DNA of 64,000 nucleotides from a virus. Below the pieces are notes generated by a model. That model was not told where the DNA came from. It ran no database searches and worked only from the letters and a program-made list of their open reading frames with translations. Both the position numbers and the translations under genes were made by a program. The stretch's first letter is position 1; each line of letters begins with the position of its first letter. The stretch is taken from IMG/VR virus record IMGVR_UViG_3300009838_000018, positions 5,177 through 69,176 of that record. The stretch is one strand, 5' to 3'. Shown here piece by piece: positions 45,519-54,765 of the stretch.

Positions 45519-47279
45519 CTACCCTTGAGGAAGGGACATCAGGAACCGTCGGAGGACTCGTTCTTCGACGGTTTCCTCGTATGAGAGGACCGACCGGAAC
45601 GACTCTAGCTGGTCCCGACTCAAAGGTGGGAAGCCCAAGACGTAGTGGGCGAAGACCTCAGCAAAGGCTTCGTCGATGTTGCTCTTGCCGTAGTTGGAGA
45701 CGGGAAGAACCGGAGCCGGGTTCTTCTCGTAGCTGTCCAGCCATTCCTTGGTCTTGGGGTCGGCATCGAGCTTCGCTTGAGCAAACTCGTTCTGCTTCTG
45801 TGAGGCGAAGTCCAGGTAGATCAGGGTGTTTGCGATGGCCCCAGCAATGAGCTGGTCCATATCAGAGGACCACTCGTTGAAGGTGTCTGGCCTCTGAAGG
45901 GACAGGTCCTCAGCTCGGCTGACAAGCTCCTGCTTGGCCTTGAAGGCGTCATCCCGTAGCCTGGACACCTCTGGGTCAGCCGCTACCGCCTTGTCCACGT
46001 CAAGCTCTGAGGCCACATCGTTGAGTTCGACTCCGATGTCCCAGAAGGCTTTCTCAACTAGGTCCTTGGCCTTGGGTACCGCTCGTTCCAGGTCGAGCTT
46101 CCTGGCTCGATCCAGGTTGTGGTTGGCGTTCTTTTCGCAGCTCTCAACCCGGTTCTTGAAGAACTTCAGGTCCCGGTCCTTGAACATCTTCACTTCGACC
46201 GGTTTCTCTGGCCTCCGGACTGTGTGGACCTTCACCAGGTCGGTGAACTTGGCCCTCTGAGAGCCAGACATCTGCTTGAACCAGTACCGATGCCCAAGCT
46301 CATGGACCATCAGCTCCACGACGAAGGGGCTGGGTCGCACGAAGACTGTTACCGTGTCTGGCTGGATCTCGAACCACCCACCGACACCCCCGCCAGTGTT
46401 CTGGTTGACCCCACCGCATTCCTTGCATTCGATGTAGACGTTCCCGTACCAGGCTGCCCCGAAGCCCTTGGACTTGAGAGCTTCGTGGGCCTCCTTCAGG
46501 TAGGCCACGTACTTCTTGATGTCCCCACCATCAACGGTCTTGTCGTTGACGATGACCTTGACCCCATTGAGGTTGAACTGATCGAAGTTCTCGCTCTCCT
46601 GGATAGCCTGCTCGGAGTAGTTGGCCTGAAGCATCTCGTAGATGCGGTCAACCCACTTGGAGGGATCCCATTCGAGCTTCTCTCGCTTCAGGGCTCGAAG
46701 GGCAGCAGCCTTGAAGCCCACTCGGTCCAAGAACTGGTACTTGACCCGGTAGTTGTCCCCATCGGTGAGAGACACCAGTTCCTCAGCGTTGGCGGCCTTG
46801 AGGGTGCGCTTGACCAGACGCTTGATGAACTCCTCGTCAACGGTCCAGCTCCACTTGTATAGGTCCCCGAAGGTCTTGGCCTGGGTGGACATCTTCTCAT
46901 GGATCTCACTGACAGCATACCAAGTGAGGTAGCTCTCAGGGTCCTTGAAATCAGGGTGCTTCCCGAAAGCAGTGGCCTTCTCGATCTTCTCGACCACTGC
47001 CTTGAGGTAGTTCTTCGCCATCTCGACCCGACCCTTGATTGAGTCACGGGCCTTGGGCTGGACCACCTGCTCCTCGAACTCCCGCTGGAACCGGTCGAAG
47101 AAGCCCTCCACCTGGTCACGGAAGACGTATCCCCAATACTCCGGGTTGTCCTTCAGTGGCTTCTTCAGGATGTCCCGTAGCTCAGTCTTCATGGTCCGGA
47201 ACCATTTCTCGGAGATGAAGGCAGCTAGGACCACTCGACGATAGTGGAGGGCAGCAACCCGAAGGGTTAGGGGATCCAT
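45519..47279 (-). CDS. large protein with zincin-like metallopeptidase motifs
   Basis: VHELGHRYW (HExxH) and distal YGKSNIDEAFAEVF; N-terminal LRVAALHY and C-terminal RVLRRFL. Confidence 0.75.
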   Translation of the reverse strand: MDPLTLRVAALHYRRVVLAAFISEKWFRTMKTELRDILKKPLKDNPEYWGYVFRDQVEGFFDRFQREFEEQVVQPKARDSIKGRVEMAKNYLKAVVEKIEKATAFGKHPDFKDPESYLTWYAVSEIHEKMSTQAKTFGDLYKWSWTVDEEFIKRLVKRTLKAANAEELVSLTDGDNYRVKYQFLDRVGFKAAALRALKREKLEWDPSKWVDRIYEMLQANYSEQAIQESENFDQFNLNGVKVIVNDKTVDGGDIKKYVAYLKEAHEALKSKGFGAAWYGNVYIECKECGGVNQNTGGGVGGWFEIQPDTVTVFVRPSPFVVELMVHELGHRYWFKQMSGSQRAKFTDLVKVHTVRRPEKPVEVKMFKDRDLKFFKNRVESCEKNANHNLDRARKLDLERAVPKAKDLVEKAFWDIGVELNDVASELDVDKAVAADPEVSRLRDDAFKAKQELVSRAEDLSLQRPDTFNEWSSDMDQLIAGAIANTLIYLDFASQKQNEFAQAKLDADPKTKEWLDSYEKNPAPVLPVSNYGKSNIDEAFAEVFAHYVLGFPPLSRDQLESFRSVLSYEETVEERVLRRFLMSLPQG

Positions 47280-47408
47280 CACATTGGGGGGAGCCAACAA
47301 GAAGACTCTTGCACCTATCGCCTGGTGTTGTATGCTCATGGTGCCGAGAGGGGGATGACCTCCGGCCCTAACCGCCCCGTTGAGGGGCCGAGAAAGGGTC
47401 TTCCCCCA

Positions 47409-47726
47409 ATGCAGAACATAACTATCGGCAGATACGACAAGGATCCGCAAGCTCAGGGCGTCATCAAGCCTGAGGACGGTCGGTGGCAGCTCGTCATCGA
47501 CAAGGACGGGTACCCGCACCTCTACATCCAGGTCAACGTGGAAGAGGAGGGTCAGAAGATCAAGGGCATGTTCCTTCTCGAAGACCTGCTTCCGGAGAAG
47601 ATGACCGTCCGAGACCTCATGGACGAAGGGTGCTTTGGGGGAAAGCTCTCTCCCGAGGAAGAGGAAGAAGCCTACCAGGAGTACCTCAAGGACAAGGAGA
47701 CTCGGCAGATTCCTTGCCCGAGGTAG
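47409..47726 (+). CDS. hypothetical protein
   Basis: 105-aa ORF. Confidence 0.65.
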   Translation: MQNITIGRYDKDPQAQGVIKPEDGRWQLVIDKDGYPHLYIQVNVEEEGQKIKGMFLLEDLLPEKMTVRDLMDEGCFGGKLSPEEEEEAYQEYLKDKETRQIPCPR

Positions 47727-47748
47727 TTCCCGGTGTCACGACCACATC

Positions 47749-48390
47749 ATGTGGCCGTACCCCATCCTCCTACTCCTGTCTCTTGTGTATCAGGGTGACC
47801 GAGTCCTCTTGATGGGGGACTCGGAAGCCTATCTCTTGTCCTACGAGTTCCCAGCACTTGCCAAGAGGGACGGGATGGAGTTCAAGACGGTGGCCGTGGC
47901 AGGATCCTCGGTCATCTCCTGGTCCCAAGGGCTCGGGCCTCAGTGGGACCTCATCAGGAGGTTCCACCCGGACGTGGTGCTGGTCTCCCTAGGCGCCAAC
48001 GATGGCTGCATGGGGGTCAGGGTCGTCCGGAACGAGAAGCCCTTCCTGGAGTCATTCATGCGGAAGCTACGGGGGGTCGGAGCCCGTGAGATTGTCTGGA
48101 TGGGACCGCCCAAGATCGGGATCCCGACCAAGAAAGATGGGCGCTCGAAGCTGCCACAGGCAACCGCTGGCCTGGAGGAGTTTGCAGCTCTGGTGAAAAC
48201 CACAGGCGTCCCGTTTCTTGATGCAAGGGAAATTGAGGTAGCAATGTGGGACGACCAACTTCATTGCTCTCGGCCCCAGTATCCCAAGGACCCGGCCAAC
48301 GGCTGTAGCACCTGGGCCGGATGGGTCTGGGGTGCGATAGCCACCCCACAGCTTACCCTCTTATGGGGTGGAAATAGTGCCGGTCCATGA
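47749..48390 (+). CDS. secreted SGNH/GDSL hydrolase
   Basis: Signal peptide; MGDSEA (block I), SLGANDG (block III), DDQLH (block V). Confidence 0.85.
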   Translation: MWPYPILLLLSLVYQGDRVLLMGDSEAYLLSYEFPALAKRDGMEFKTVAVAGSSVISWSQGLGPQWDLIRRFHPDVVLVSLGANDGCMGVRVVRNEKPFLESFMRKLRGVGAREIVWMGPPKIGIPTKKDGRSKLPQATAGLEEFAALVKTTGVPFLDAREIEVAMWDDQLHCSRPQYPKDPANGCSTWAGWVWGAIATPQLTLLWGGNSAGP

Positions 48391-48496
48391 GGGCCTGGGT
48401 CTGGTTGTCCTTCTCCTGTTCGTTCGTCGGTTGTGGTTGCTCCAGGTCAGAAGTTGGGTTAGGGTGCGCTGCGGCCAGGTAACCCTCCTGGATTCG

Positions 48497-48530
48497 GAAG
48501 CCCCTCCTCGGTAACGAGGTTGGGGCTTTC
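48497..48530. terminator. hairpin between convergent gene blocks
   Basis: GAAGCCCC-TCCTCGGTAACGAGGTT-GGGGCTTTC. Confidence 0.5.
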
Positions 48531-48547
48531 GTCTATTTCTGGGGGTG

Positions 48548-49108
48548 CTAGGGCTTCCTGAACTTCTGATAGGGTCCTAACTCAAGACGTGCCTTACCAG
48601 CCTCAGTAAGGGCTAGCTTCCCGTCCTTCCGGAAGACGAGCTTCTTGGATTGGACATTGCTGAGCATGTTATCCCAGTTGGTGCTCAGTCCCTTGTGCTC
48701 TTCCTGAAGTCGGTCGATCAGGGTCCTGGATGTGAGCCCAGAGTTGTCTCGAATCAGCCTCAAGATGCACTGGGTAGCGCCACCCTTCCGTGATCTAGGG
48801 GAATCACCCTGGGTTGCATCAGGCGATTGGGGCTCTTCACTCACATCCTCATCGTCATCCCCGTCGTCATCACTCAGACCACACTCTGCTTTGAGATTCC
48901 GCACATACTCATCTGACTGATCGAAGATGGCATTCAGCTTTGCATCAGCCTCGTGGTATGCCTTACGGACGACAGCATATCGACCAAGGAGTTGAATAGC
49001 CTTCTGGACATCAGGCTCAAGTGCCCTCATCTCCTTGAGGAGGCGGTCCCTCTTTTGGAGGGCCTCTCCCCGAGCGATGGTTAGTTGGTATGCTCTGCTG
49101 TCTTCCAT
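48548..49108 (-). CDS. coiled-coil plus winged-helix protein
   Basis: N-terminal heptads, acidic linker, ILRLIRDNSGLTSRTLIDRL..KLALTEAG. Confidence 0.6.
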   Translation of the reverse strand: MEDSRAYQLTIARGEALQKRDRLLKEMRALEPDVQKAIQLLGRYAVVRKAYHEADAKLNAIFDQSDEYVRNLKAECGLSDDDGDDDEDVSEEPQSPDATQGDSPRSRKGGATQCILRLIRDNSGLTSRTLIDRLQEEHKGLSTNWDNMLSNVQSKKLVFRKDGKLALTEAGKARLELGPYQKFRKP

Positions 49109-49137
49109 GGGTACCTGCTATTCAGAACTCCTGGGTC

Positions 49138-49857
49138 CTACCGTTGCTGACTACCTGTGGAGAGGAGGCGTTCCTTCATTGGACTGAAGCCCTCCAAAAG
49201 GCGTCCCTCCATGATTGCACCCCTCTGTTCTTGGGCCTCGGTCAGTACCCTCTGTGCAGAAGTATCCTTGAGGTGCTCTGGCAAAATCCTGTCTGGACTG
49301 ACCGCCTCAATGAACTGTTTGATGGACTTCCCAACCTTGTCGTTTGCTCGGGAGACCACCCTTGTAAGGTAGTCATCCCCATCAAAGGTCAGACGAAACC
49401 CCTTGACTGTATTGGGTGCTGACCGCTTTCGAGTTGTGACCAGGCTGACATTTGGGATTTTCAGGTCCCTGATCATTGCGGCCACCTTGCTCAATACATT
49501 TCGTTGAAACGTGTCTACTGCCTGGCTATTTTCCTGAACTCGGTCAGGGCTAAACCATTGGACTGCCCGGAAAGATGGTATCTCTTGACCTGGGTAGTAC
49601 ACCAAAGCCCACGGAGCTAGACGCAATACCTTGTAGACAGCTTTCTCCCTGGATAGCCCAGAATCAATCTCCATGTTGACCAGAGCATCTACTACTCCAA
49701 CGCTGACCCCCTCCTCGGTTACCCTAAGGTAAGATCCCCCAGGTGGATCCCGCACTATATCCACCAACCTAATCTTGGCCTCCATTGGGAGTGAGAGCCG
49801 CTCTACGGCTTGAATCAACATAGGGTCTGCATCTGCTCTGTAACTTGGGTTAGGCAT
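49138..49857 (-). CDS. hypothetical protein (AT-richer cassette)
   Basis: 239 aa; AGAGGT RBS. Confidence 0.7.
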   Translation of the reverse strand: MPNPSYRADADPMLIQAVERLSLPMEAKIRLVDIVRDPPGGSYLRVTEEGVSVGVVDALVNMEIDSGLSREKAVYKVLRLAPWALVYYPGQEIPSFRAVQWFSPDRVQENSQAVDTFQRNVLSKVAAMIRDLKIPNVSLVTTRKRSAPNTVKGFRLTFDGDDYLTRVVSRANDKVGKSIKQFIEAVSPDRILPEHLKDTSAQRVLTEAQEQRGAIMEGRLLEGFSPMKERLLSTGSQQR

Positions 49858-49884
49858 AACTACCTCTTTCTTCTTGTTGGTGTA

Positions 49885-50913
49885 TCAACTTCGACTCTGT
49901 TTGGCTCGATTGTAAGCCTTGCTGATGGTCTCCCAAGCCTCCCTCACCTTCTGGAACGATCCTGGGGCTACATCTGGTCCTGCACGATCCGGATGTGTCC
50001 GAGATGCCTCAGCCTTGAAGGCGGCTCGGACTGGGGCCAGATCGAACGATGGGCTACTCGGGTCCTGGAGGGGGAGACCAAGGGCAGCGAAGGCGCTCGG
50101 GAGCTTGTCCACGAGAGGCAACTTCACCTGACTTACCTTCTTTATACGCCTCAAACCACGGACGAAGTCCTGTGAGGTCTTCATCAGGAGGTCATGTACC
50201 CCATACGGGTTCTCAACCAGGTTTCTGCTGTCTAACATAGCGAACAGCAGACGGCGAACCTCGTGCTCCAGTTCGCTGTTGGTCGAATCTGGGTGCCCCT
50301 GACTGGGCTTCGGATCCGGTTGTGGTTGTGGCGACTCAGGGATACCTGGAGGGGGCCTCCCCTCCTCCAGGTACCTTCGGTTCACCGTCTCAACCACTGC
50401 CAGAATGAACCCAGACCCCTGTTTCTCGATCAGCTCGGCAACAGCTTGGGTCCAGTCAACCTTCCCCTCAGACCTCCTGGTTGACTCTGTAGAGTTCTTG
50501 TGGGTGGATCCAGTCCTCTTGGTCGAGCCGGTATTAACTTTGGCTGACTTTTTGGGCTTGACTGTAGGGGCTTCGGGCCTAATCCGCAACGCTACCGACA
50601 GCACTCCAGGGCTCTCAACTCCAACCTCAGACCTAGAGTTCCGGAGAATCTTGATGACCTCTGGGTAGTCCTCGGGGCCATGTATGAGCCCCCAGACATC
50701 TGGATGACTACCGCCCTTTTCTTTCAGCAGGTTGGAGCGAGAGATGATCTCAGACTCGGGTGCTCCTAACAACTCATGCAACCAAGGACCTTTGACAGCC
50801 CCCTTAGGACGGTGCCCATCCCAGATTCGACGCTCAAGAATGGCCTTCTCGTGTAGGGTTGATGCCTGCCTGTAACTAGAGACCAGGCTTTCCAAGGTGG
50901 TTGAGTTTCTCAC
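49885..50913 (-). CDS. protein with C-terminal J-domain
   Basis: VRAAFKAEASRTHPDRAG..FQKVREAWETI (HPD motif). Confidence 0.75.
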   Translation of the reverse strand: MRNSTTLESLVSSYRQASTLHEKAILERRIWDGHRPKGAVKGPWLHELLGAPESEIISRSNLLKEKGGSHPDVWGLIHGPEDYPEVIKILRNSRSEVGVESPGVLSVALRIRPEAPTVKPKKSAKVNTGSTKRTGSTHKNSTESTRRSEGKVDWTQAVAELIEKQGSGFILAVVETVNRRYLEEGRPPPGIPESPQPQPDPKPSQGHPDSTNSELEHEVRRLLFAMLDSRNLVENPYGVHDLLMKTSQDFVRGLRRIKKVSQVKLPLVDKLPSAFAALGLPLQDPSSPSFDLAPVRAAFKAEASRTHPDRAGPDVAPGSFQKVREAWETISKAYNRAKQSRS

Positions 50914-51287
50914 GGCACCTGGCCTCGGTTGAGAATGGACTCAAGCACCCCAGGACTACAGTCCTCTGACTCACCTGGTGCCGAAAGTAGGTCAAGGCAC
51001 TCATCTACTGAGTTGGACCGCTCAAGCAGTCGGGTCAGAGTCTCTCTCGACTCAGGAGAGGAAACCTTGAACTTCTTGTCGGTCATAGTGCTAGAAGCAA
51101 GATATCCAGCCTTGCCTAGTCGAGTAACCATCCTTCGTACTGATTCTGGCACAACTTTCGACAGCAGTGTGGAGTCAATCCCACAGCTTACCGATGGAAG
51201 TGTGAACCACCCATCAGACTTCAAGATTCGGGACAGGCTAACCTGCTGGATGTTCCGAACCCTACGGACTTCAAGGGCTGATACCAT
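50910..51287 (-). CDS. hypothetical protein
   Basis: GGTGTA 10 nt upstream; first gene of the AT-richer cassette. Confidence 0.65.
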   Translation of the reverse strand: MVSALEVRRVRNIQQVSLSRILKSDGWFTLPSVSCGIDSTLLSKVVPESVRRMVTRLGKAGYLASSTMTDKKFKVSSPESRETLTRLLERSNSVDECLDLLSAPGESEDCSPGVLESILNRGQVP

Positions 51288-51372
51288 GCCCTTGAGTTAC
51301 ACCAACGATTTGGATGGTCGTAGGTTTTTTCTTGGCGACCCCACAACGCCGAGATACTGGACACCCGAGCAG

Positions 51373-51669
51373 TTACATCAACCCGGCATAATACTCGGCC
51401 CACTGCTCATCCCAGTATTCGTGGTGCTCTTTGGCACACTCCCTGCAAAGTGGCACAGGGGCGTTGGGATCCGGAGGGTCAGGTTCCAGAACACGCTCGA
51501 AGCGGGTCCTATCCTGGGTACCGTAGCAAGTCCGGGAGTCCTCCAGCTCGACTCCGACGGTTGCACCACAGCGTTCACAGCTCGTAGCTGAGCAAGGAGT
51601 CCCAGGGGATTCCCCTGCTGTCAGCGCATTGCTTGCAGAATCGGCGTGGTTCGGCATTGCCCTCTCCAA
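51373..51669 (-). CDS. small Cys-rich protein with internal TRFERVL
   Basis: CERCG..TRFERVLEPD..LCRECAKEH; start uncertain. Confidence 0.55.
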   Translation of the reverse strand: MERAMPNHADSASNALTAGESPGTPCSATSCERCGATVGVELEDSRTCYGTQDRTRFERVLEPDPPDPNAPVPLCRECAKEHHEYWDEQWAEYYAGLM

Positions 51670-51979
51670 GGATGAGCCGGAATCGTAGGGGTGCTTGCCC
51701 TAGGTCTTCAAGGCGGCACCCGTGGATCGAGCCACAGAAGTCACAGGAGGGGAGGATCTCACCTGACCCGAGGCAGAAGGGGCATTCAGCGCTCGGCCCC
51801 TCAAAGCAGATCCCCAGAGCGGGGATGGGGAACCCATCGTAGCCCCACTTCGGGGGCACCTCGGCCCGATAGACTCGGCCCCAACCCTTGCAGTAGGAGC
51901 AGGAGCAGGCAGCCCGCAAGAGCTGGAGAAGCTGTTGCCTGGGGTCAGGCACGGGAGGCCCACTCCCGGCCCCGTTCAT
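51575..51979 (-). CDS. zinc-finger protein (CxxCxGxG repeats)
   Basis: CSYCKGWG, CPFCLGSG, CDFC, CKQC. Confidence 0.6.
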   Translation of the reverse strand: MNGAGSGPPVPDPRQQLLQLLRAACSCSYCKGWGRVYRAEVPPKWGYDGFPIPALGICFEGPSAECPFCLGSGEILPSCDFCGSIHGCRLEDLGQAPLRFRLILGEGNAEPRRFCKQCADSRGIPWDSLLSYEL

Positions 51980-52133
51980 CTCGATGAGGCCCTTTGTGGT
52001 CCTTCAACCTGTCACAGATGTTCATGAACTCGACCTCACAGCACATCGGGTAGTGCTTGAGGCACTTGAGGCAGAACCCGGTCTCGTAGTTCTCCCGACG
52101 AAGCTCGACCTCGGGGTGCTTGGGGCAGTTCAT
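51945..52133 (-). CDS. small Cys-rich protein
   Basis: CPKH..CLKC..C..C..H. Confidence 0.55.
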   Translation of the reverse strand: MNCPKHPEVELRRENYETGFCLKCLKHYPMCCEVEFMNICDRLKDHKGPHRDERGREWASRA

Positions 52134-52157
52134 AGCACAACCATCTGGAGGGAGCCG

Positions 52158-53936
52158 TCAAGCATCATCGTCCCCTTCATTAGGCAAAGAAGCCATTAGA
52201 TTTGCAACCTCTTGGCGCTCTCTCCACTCTTCAGTCTCAGGGTTGGTCTCGTTAGGCTCAACAAACCCAGGGAAGGAGGCCCCCAGGAACGTAGTGCCGT
52301 CCCTGTGGAAGAACCTGCGAATGTCTAGCACTTGGATCTTATTGAACCGCCTAGGGTCATTGGTGATCCCCGATGAGATGTACCCATACTCTTGAGCCTC
52401 TATGTGTAGGGTCCTAGGCACCCTGTCTCCAAACACGATGAACAGGCCCATCTCGATTGAGACCCTGCTCATAGCCAGGGAAAACAGCCGAATATGGTCC
52501 CGTGAAGCTGAGCCCGCCTTGACTTGAATAGCAACAGATTTTGACTTCCCCTCAGGGAGCCCGGCCAGGCGTAAGATCCCATCGATCCCACCATCCCCGT
52601 TTCGGGTTAGACGTGAGGACGACCGACTCCCAACCCACTTGGAGTTCATGACTCTGGTGACCACCCAATGCTCAAAAGCGTGAGGGTCCTCTTGGGCGAG
52701 TTTTCGGGCTGTCTCCTCATCGGTTGGGTAGTTGAATCCGGAGGAGTCACTCAACCCCAGAACGTCTGCAATCCGCTTCCTTGCGATGTCACCGACCTCA
52801 GGGTTCAACTCGATACCGATCCACTTTCGATACAGGTTGGAAGCCGCTATCGCAGTAGTACCACTCCCAAAGAATGGGTCGAGAACCCGGTCCCCTGGGT
52901 TGGTGAACATGGCTATGATCCGCTCCAACAGTGCGATAGGCTTCTGAGTGGGGAATCCAACTTTTTCCTTGGAGGTTCCCTTTACTGGATGAATGTCGCA
53001 CCAGATGTTCGTCAGGTGAACCCCACCTACCTCTTCATCCAAGTAGAGGCGGTAGTAGGGTTGGAGTCTCCTAGCTTCTCCTGGCTCCCCCCAAAACAGC
53101 AAGCCTGCCTTATCACATAGCTCAAGTTGGTCTTGAACCGTAGTACCCTCCAAAGGTACTCCGGTCTTAGCCTCATACTGCTCCCTCAGCTTACGAGGCA
53201 GATACCATCCTCTACCAGGGGGTGGACTAAATCCTCTGAAGGGGGCAGTGCGGTCAGAAGGCACCTTGGAAGTGTGCCTTGCCATGAGTTGTTCGTCCTT
53301 CCACCGACGCCCATGCTCATCTACTCGATGGTATCGCTTGAGCCACTTGTCCTCAAACTCAACCTTGAACTGGTTCCAAGTGTATGCACTTGTTTTCGAG
53401 AAGAACAACAGGTCATCCTTTACCGAGGATGGTCTGCGTTTCACGTCATTGTGGGCAGATGACCTCTTCCAACTAACCTCTGTGATGAAGTTCTTGGAGG
53501 AGAACGTGAACTCCAGGAGGGTCCTGAGCATCCCGGATACAGTCGGGTCACAGTGTAAGCAGATGACCCCATTGTCCTTTAGCACCCTATGGCAGTGGAC
53601 AACTCTGGGGGCCAAGTATGACAGAAACGCAAACCTCCACGGGCTCTCCTGGATGAGGGGTCCCTTGACCCCCTCAAGCCAGTCTCGAAGAAGCGGGTAT
53701 TCGAGCATAATGCTGGAGGTGATGAAGGAATCGTACCTCTTTCGACAGAGTGCATCGTAGGTCAGCAATCGCTCGGTCTCTAGATCCTGAGCTATGTTAC
53801 CAGAAGCATTGAGGTAGCTCTTGTTGGCAGTGAACGGGGGATCAAGGTATACCAACGAGACAGAGTGTGCTGGGAGCTGTTCTAGGTGTCCTAGGTTGTC
53901 CCCATAGTGCAAAGAGTCGTCCAACTCTAGCATCAT
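52158..53936 (-). CDS. beta-class DNA amino-methyltransferase fused to a C-terminal restriction-endonuclease-like domain
   Basis: YLDPPF (motif IV) before LDPFFGSGTT (motif I), FPTQKPIALLERII; C-terminal GDGGIDG..AIQVKAG (Mrr-like PD-(D/Q)xK). Confidence 0.88.
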   Translation of the reverse strand: MMLELDDSLHYGDNLGHLEQLPAHSVSLVYLDPPFTANKSYLNASGNIAQDLETERLLTYDALCRKRYDSFITSSIMLEYPLLRDWLEGVKGPLIQESPWRFAFLSYLAPRVVHCHRVLKDNGVICLHCDPTVSGMLRTLLEFTFSSKNFITEVSWKRSSAHNDVKRRPSSVKDDLLFFSKTSAYTWNQFKVEFEDKWLKRYHRVDEHGRRWKDEQLMARHTSKVPSDRTAPFRGFSPPPGRGWYLPRKLREQYEAKTGVPLEGTTVQDQLELCDKAGLLFWGEPGEARRLQPYYRLYLDEEVGGVHLTNIWCDIHPVKGTSKEKVGFPTQKPIALLERIIAMFTNPGDRVLDPFFGSGTTAIAASNLYRKWIGIELNPEVGDIARKRIADVLGLSDSSGFNYPTDEETARKLAQEDPHAFEHWVVTRVMNSKWVGSRSSSRLTRNGDGGIDGILRLAGLPEGKSKSVAIQVKAGSASRDHIRLFSLAMSRVSIEMGLFIVFGDRVPRTLHIEAQEYGYISSGITNDPRRFNKIQVLDIRRFFHRDGTTFLGASFPGFVEPNETNPETEEWRERQEVANLMASLPNEGDDDA

Positions 53937-54199
53937 AAACCCCCTAGGAAAAAGGCTAACTCGGAGTGAAAGTCCTTCGCCCTTGTCAGAAGGGCGGAGG
54001 CAACCTCTTCCTCGGTCCCGAACTCACCCGTCTTGATCATCCCTCCGCCAGGGAACGAGATGTGCCCGTCCCACCGCTTCCAGGGGAGCTGAGCCACCTT
54101 GACCTTGAGGGCACCTGAGACGCCCTCATAGAAGGGCATCGACTCGGATGGCTCAACCAGGTTGAGGGTTATTCTGCCAACGGAAAGAGTGGGGTTCAT
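53933..54199 (-). CDS. hypothetical protein
   Basis: 88 aa, coupled. Confidence 0.55.
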   Translation of the reverse strand: MNPTLSVGRITLNLVEPSESMPFYEGVSGALKVKVAQLPWKRWDGHISFPGGGMIKTGEFGTEEEVASALLTRAKDFHSELAFFLGGL

Positions 54200-54711
54200 A
54201 GGGCTTGCTCCTCACCGAACACCTTATCGAAGAGATTCGGTTGAAAGTCCGAAGGGACTTCTTGGAAGGGCTTCATCCTGCACTCTTCCGGGATTGTCAA
54301 CTGAACTTCGTTCCTGCCCGCCCGGATCTTGAGCACCCGTATGTAGGTTGAGCCCAGTTTGATGCGGTCAACCTTCAGGCCAACACCAGGTACCGTTTCC
54401 CTGTTGTCATCCCTGGGGGCACAAATACTGGCGATGTTGGAGGCCCAGAGGGTTGGGAACTCGTGAGCCTGAAGGCAGAAGACCCAGGTCTCTTCTCTCC
54501 TGGGTGGGATGAGAGTCCCGAGCCCTGGGTACTCCCTGACGGCCTTGTGGGAGGGAAACAGGATGCTCTGGGAGGCAATCCGCTCGGGACCCAAGAAGCG
54601 GGTCTGACGGAGCGTGGCGGGTCCTGGGAAGGCAATCAAAAGCTCGTCCGGGCGGACGAGGAGTTGACGGACCAGCAGTTCCCTATCATTGAACGACACC
54701 AAGACGATCAT
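54196..54711 (-). CDS. hypothetical protein with degenerate C-terminal tag
   Basis: GGTGTA 11 nt upstream; ends PNLFDKVFGEEQAL. Confidence 0.65.
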   Translation of the reverse strand: MIVLVSFNDRELLVRQLLVRPDELLIAFPGPATLRQTRFLGPERIASQSILFPSHKAVREYPGLGTLIPPRREETWVFCLQAHEFPTLWASNIASICAPRDDNRETVPGVGLKVDRIKLGSTYIRVLKIRAGRNEVQLTIPEECRMKPFQEVPSDFQPNLFDKVFGEEQAL

Positions 54712-54765
54712 CTGGTGTCATCTACACCATGCCCGTAGGCGAATCCCGACCAGGTTCGAGCGGAT

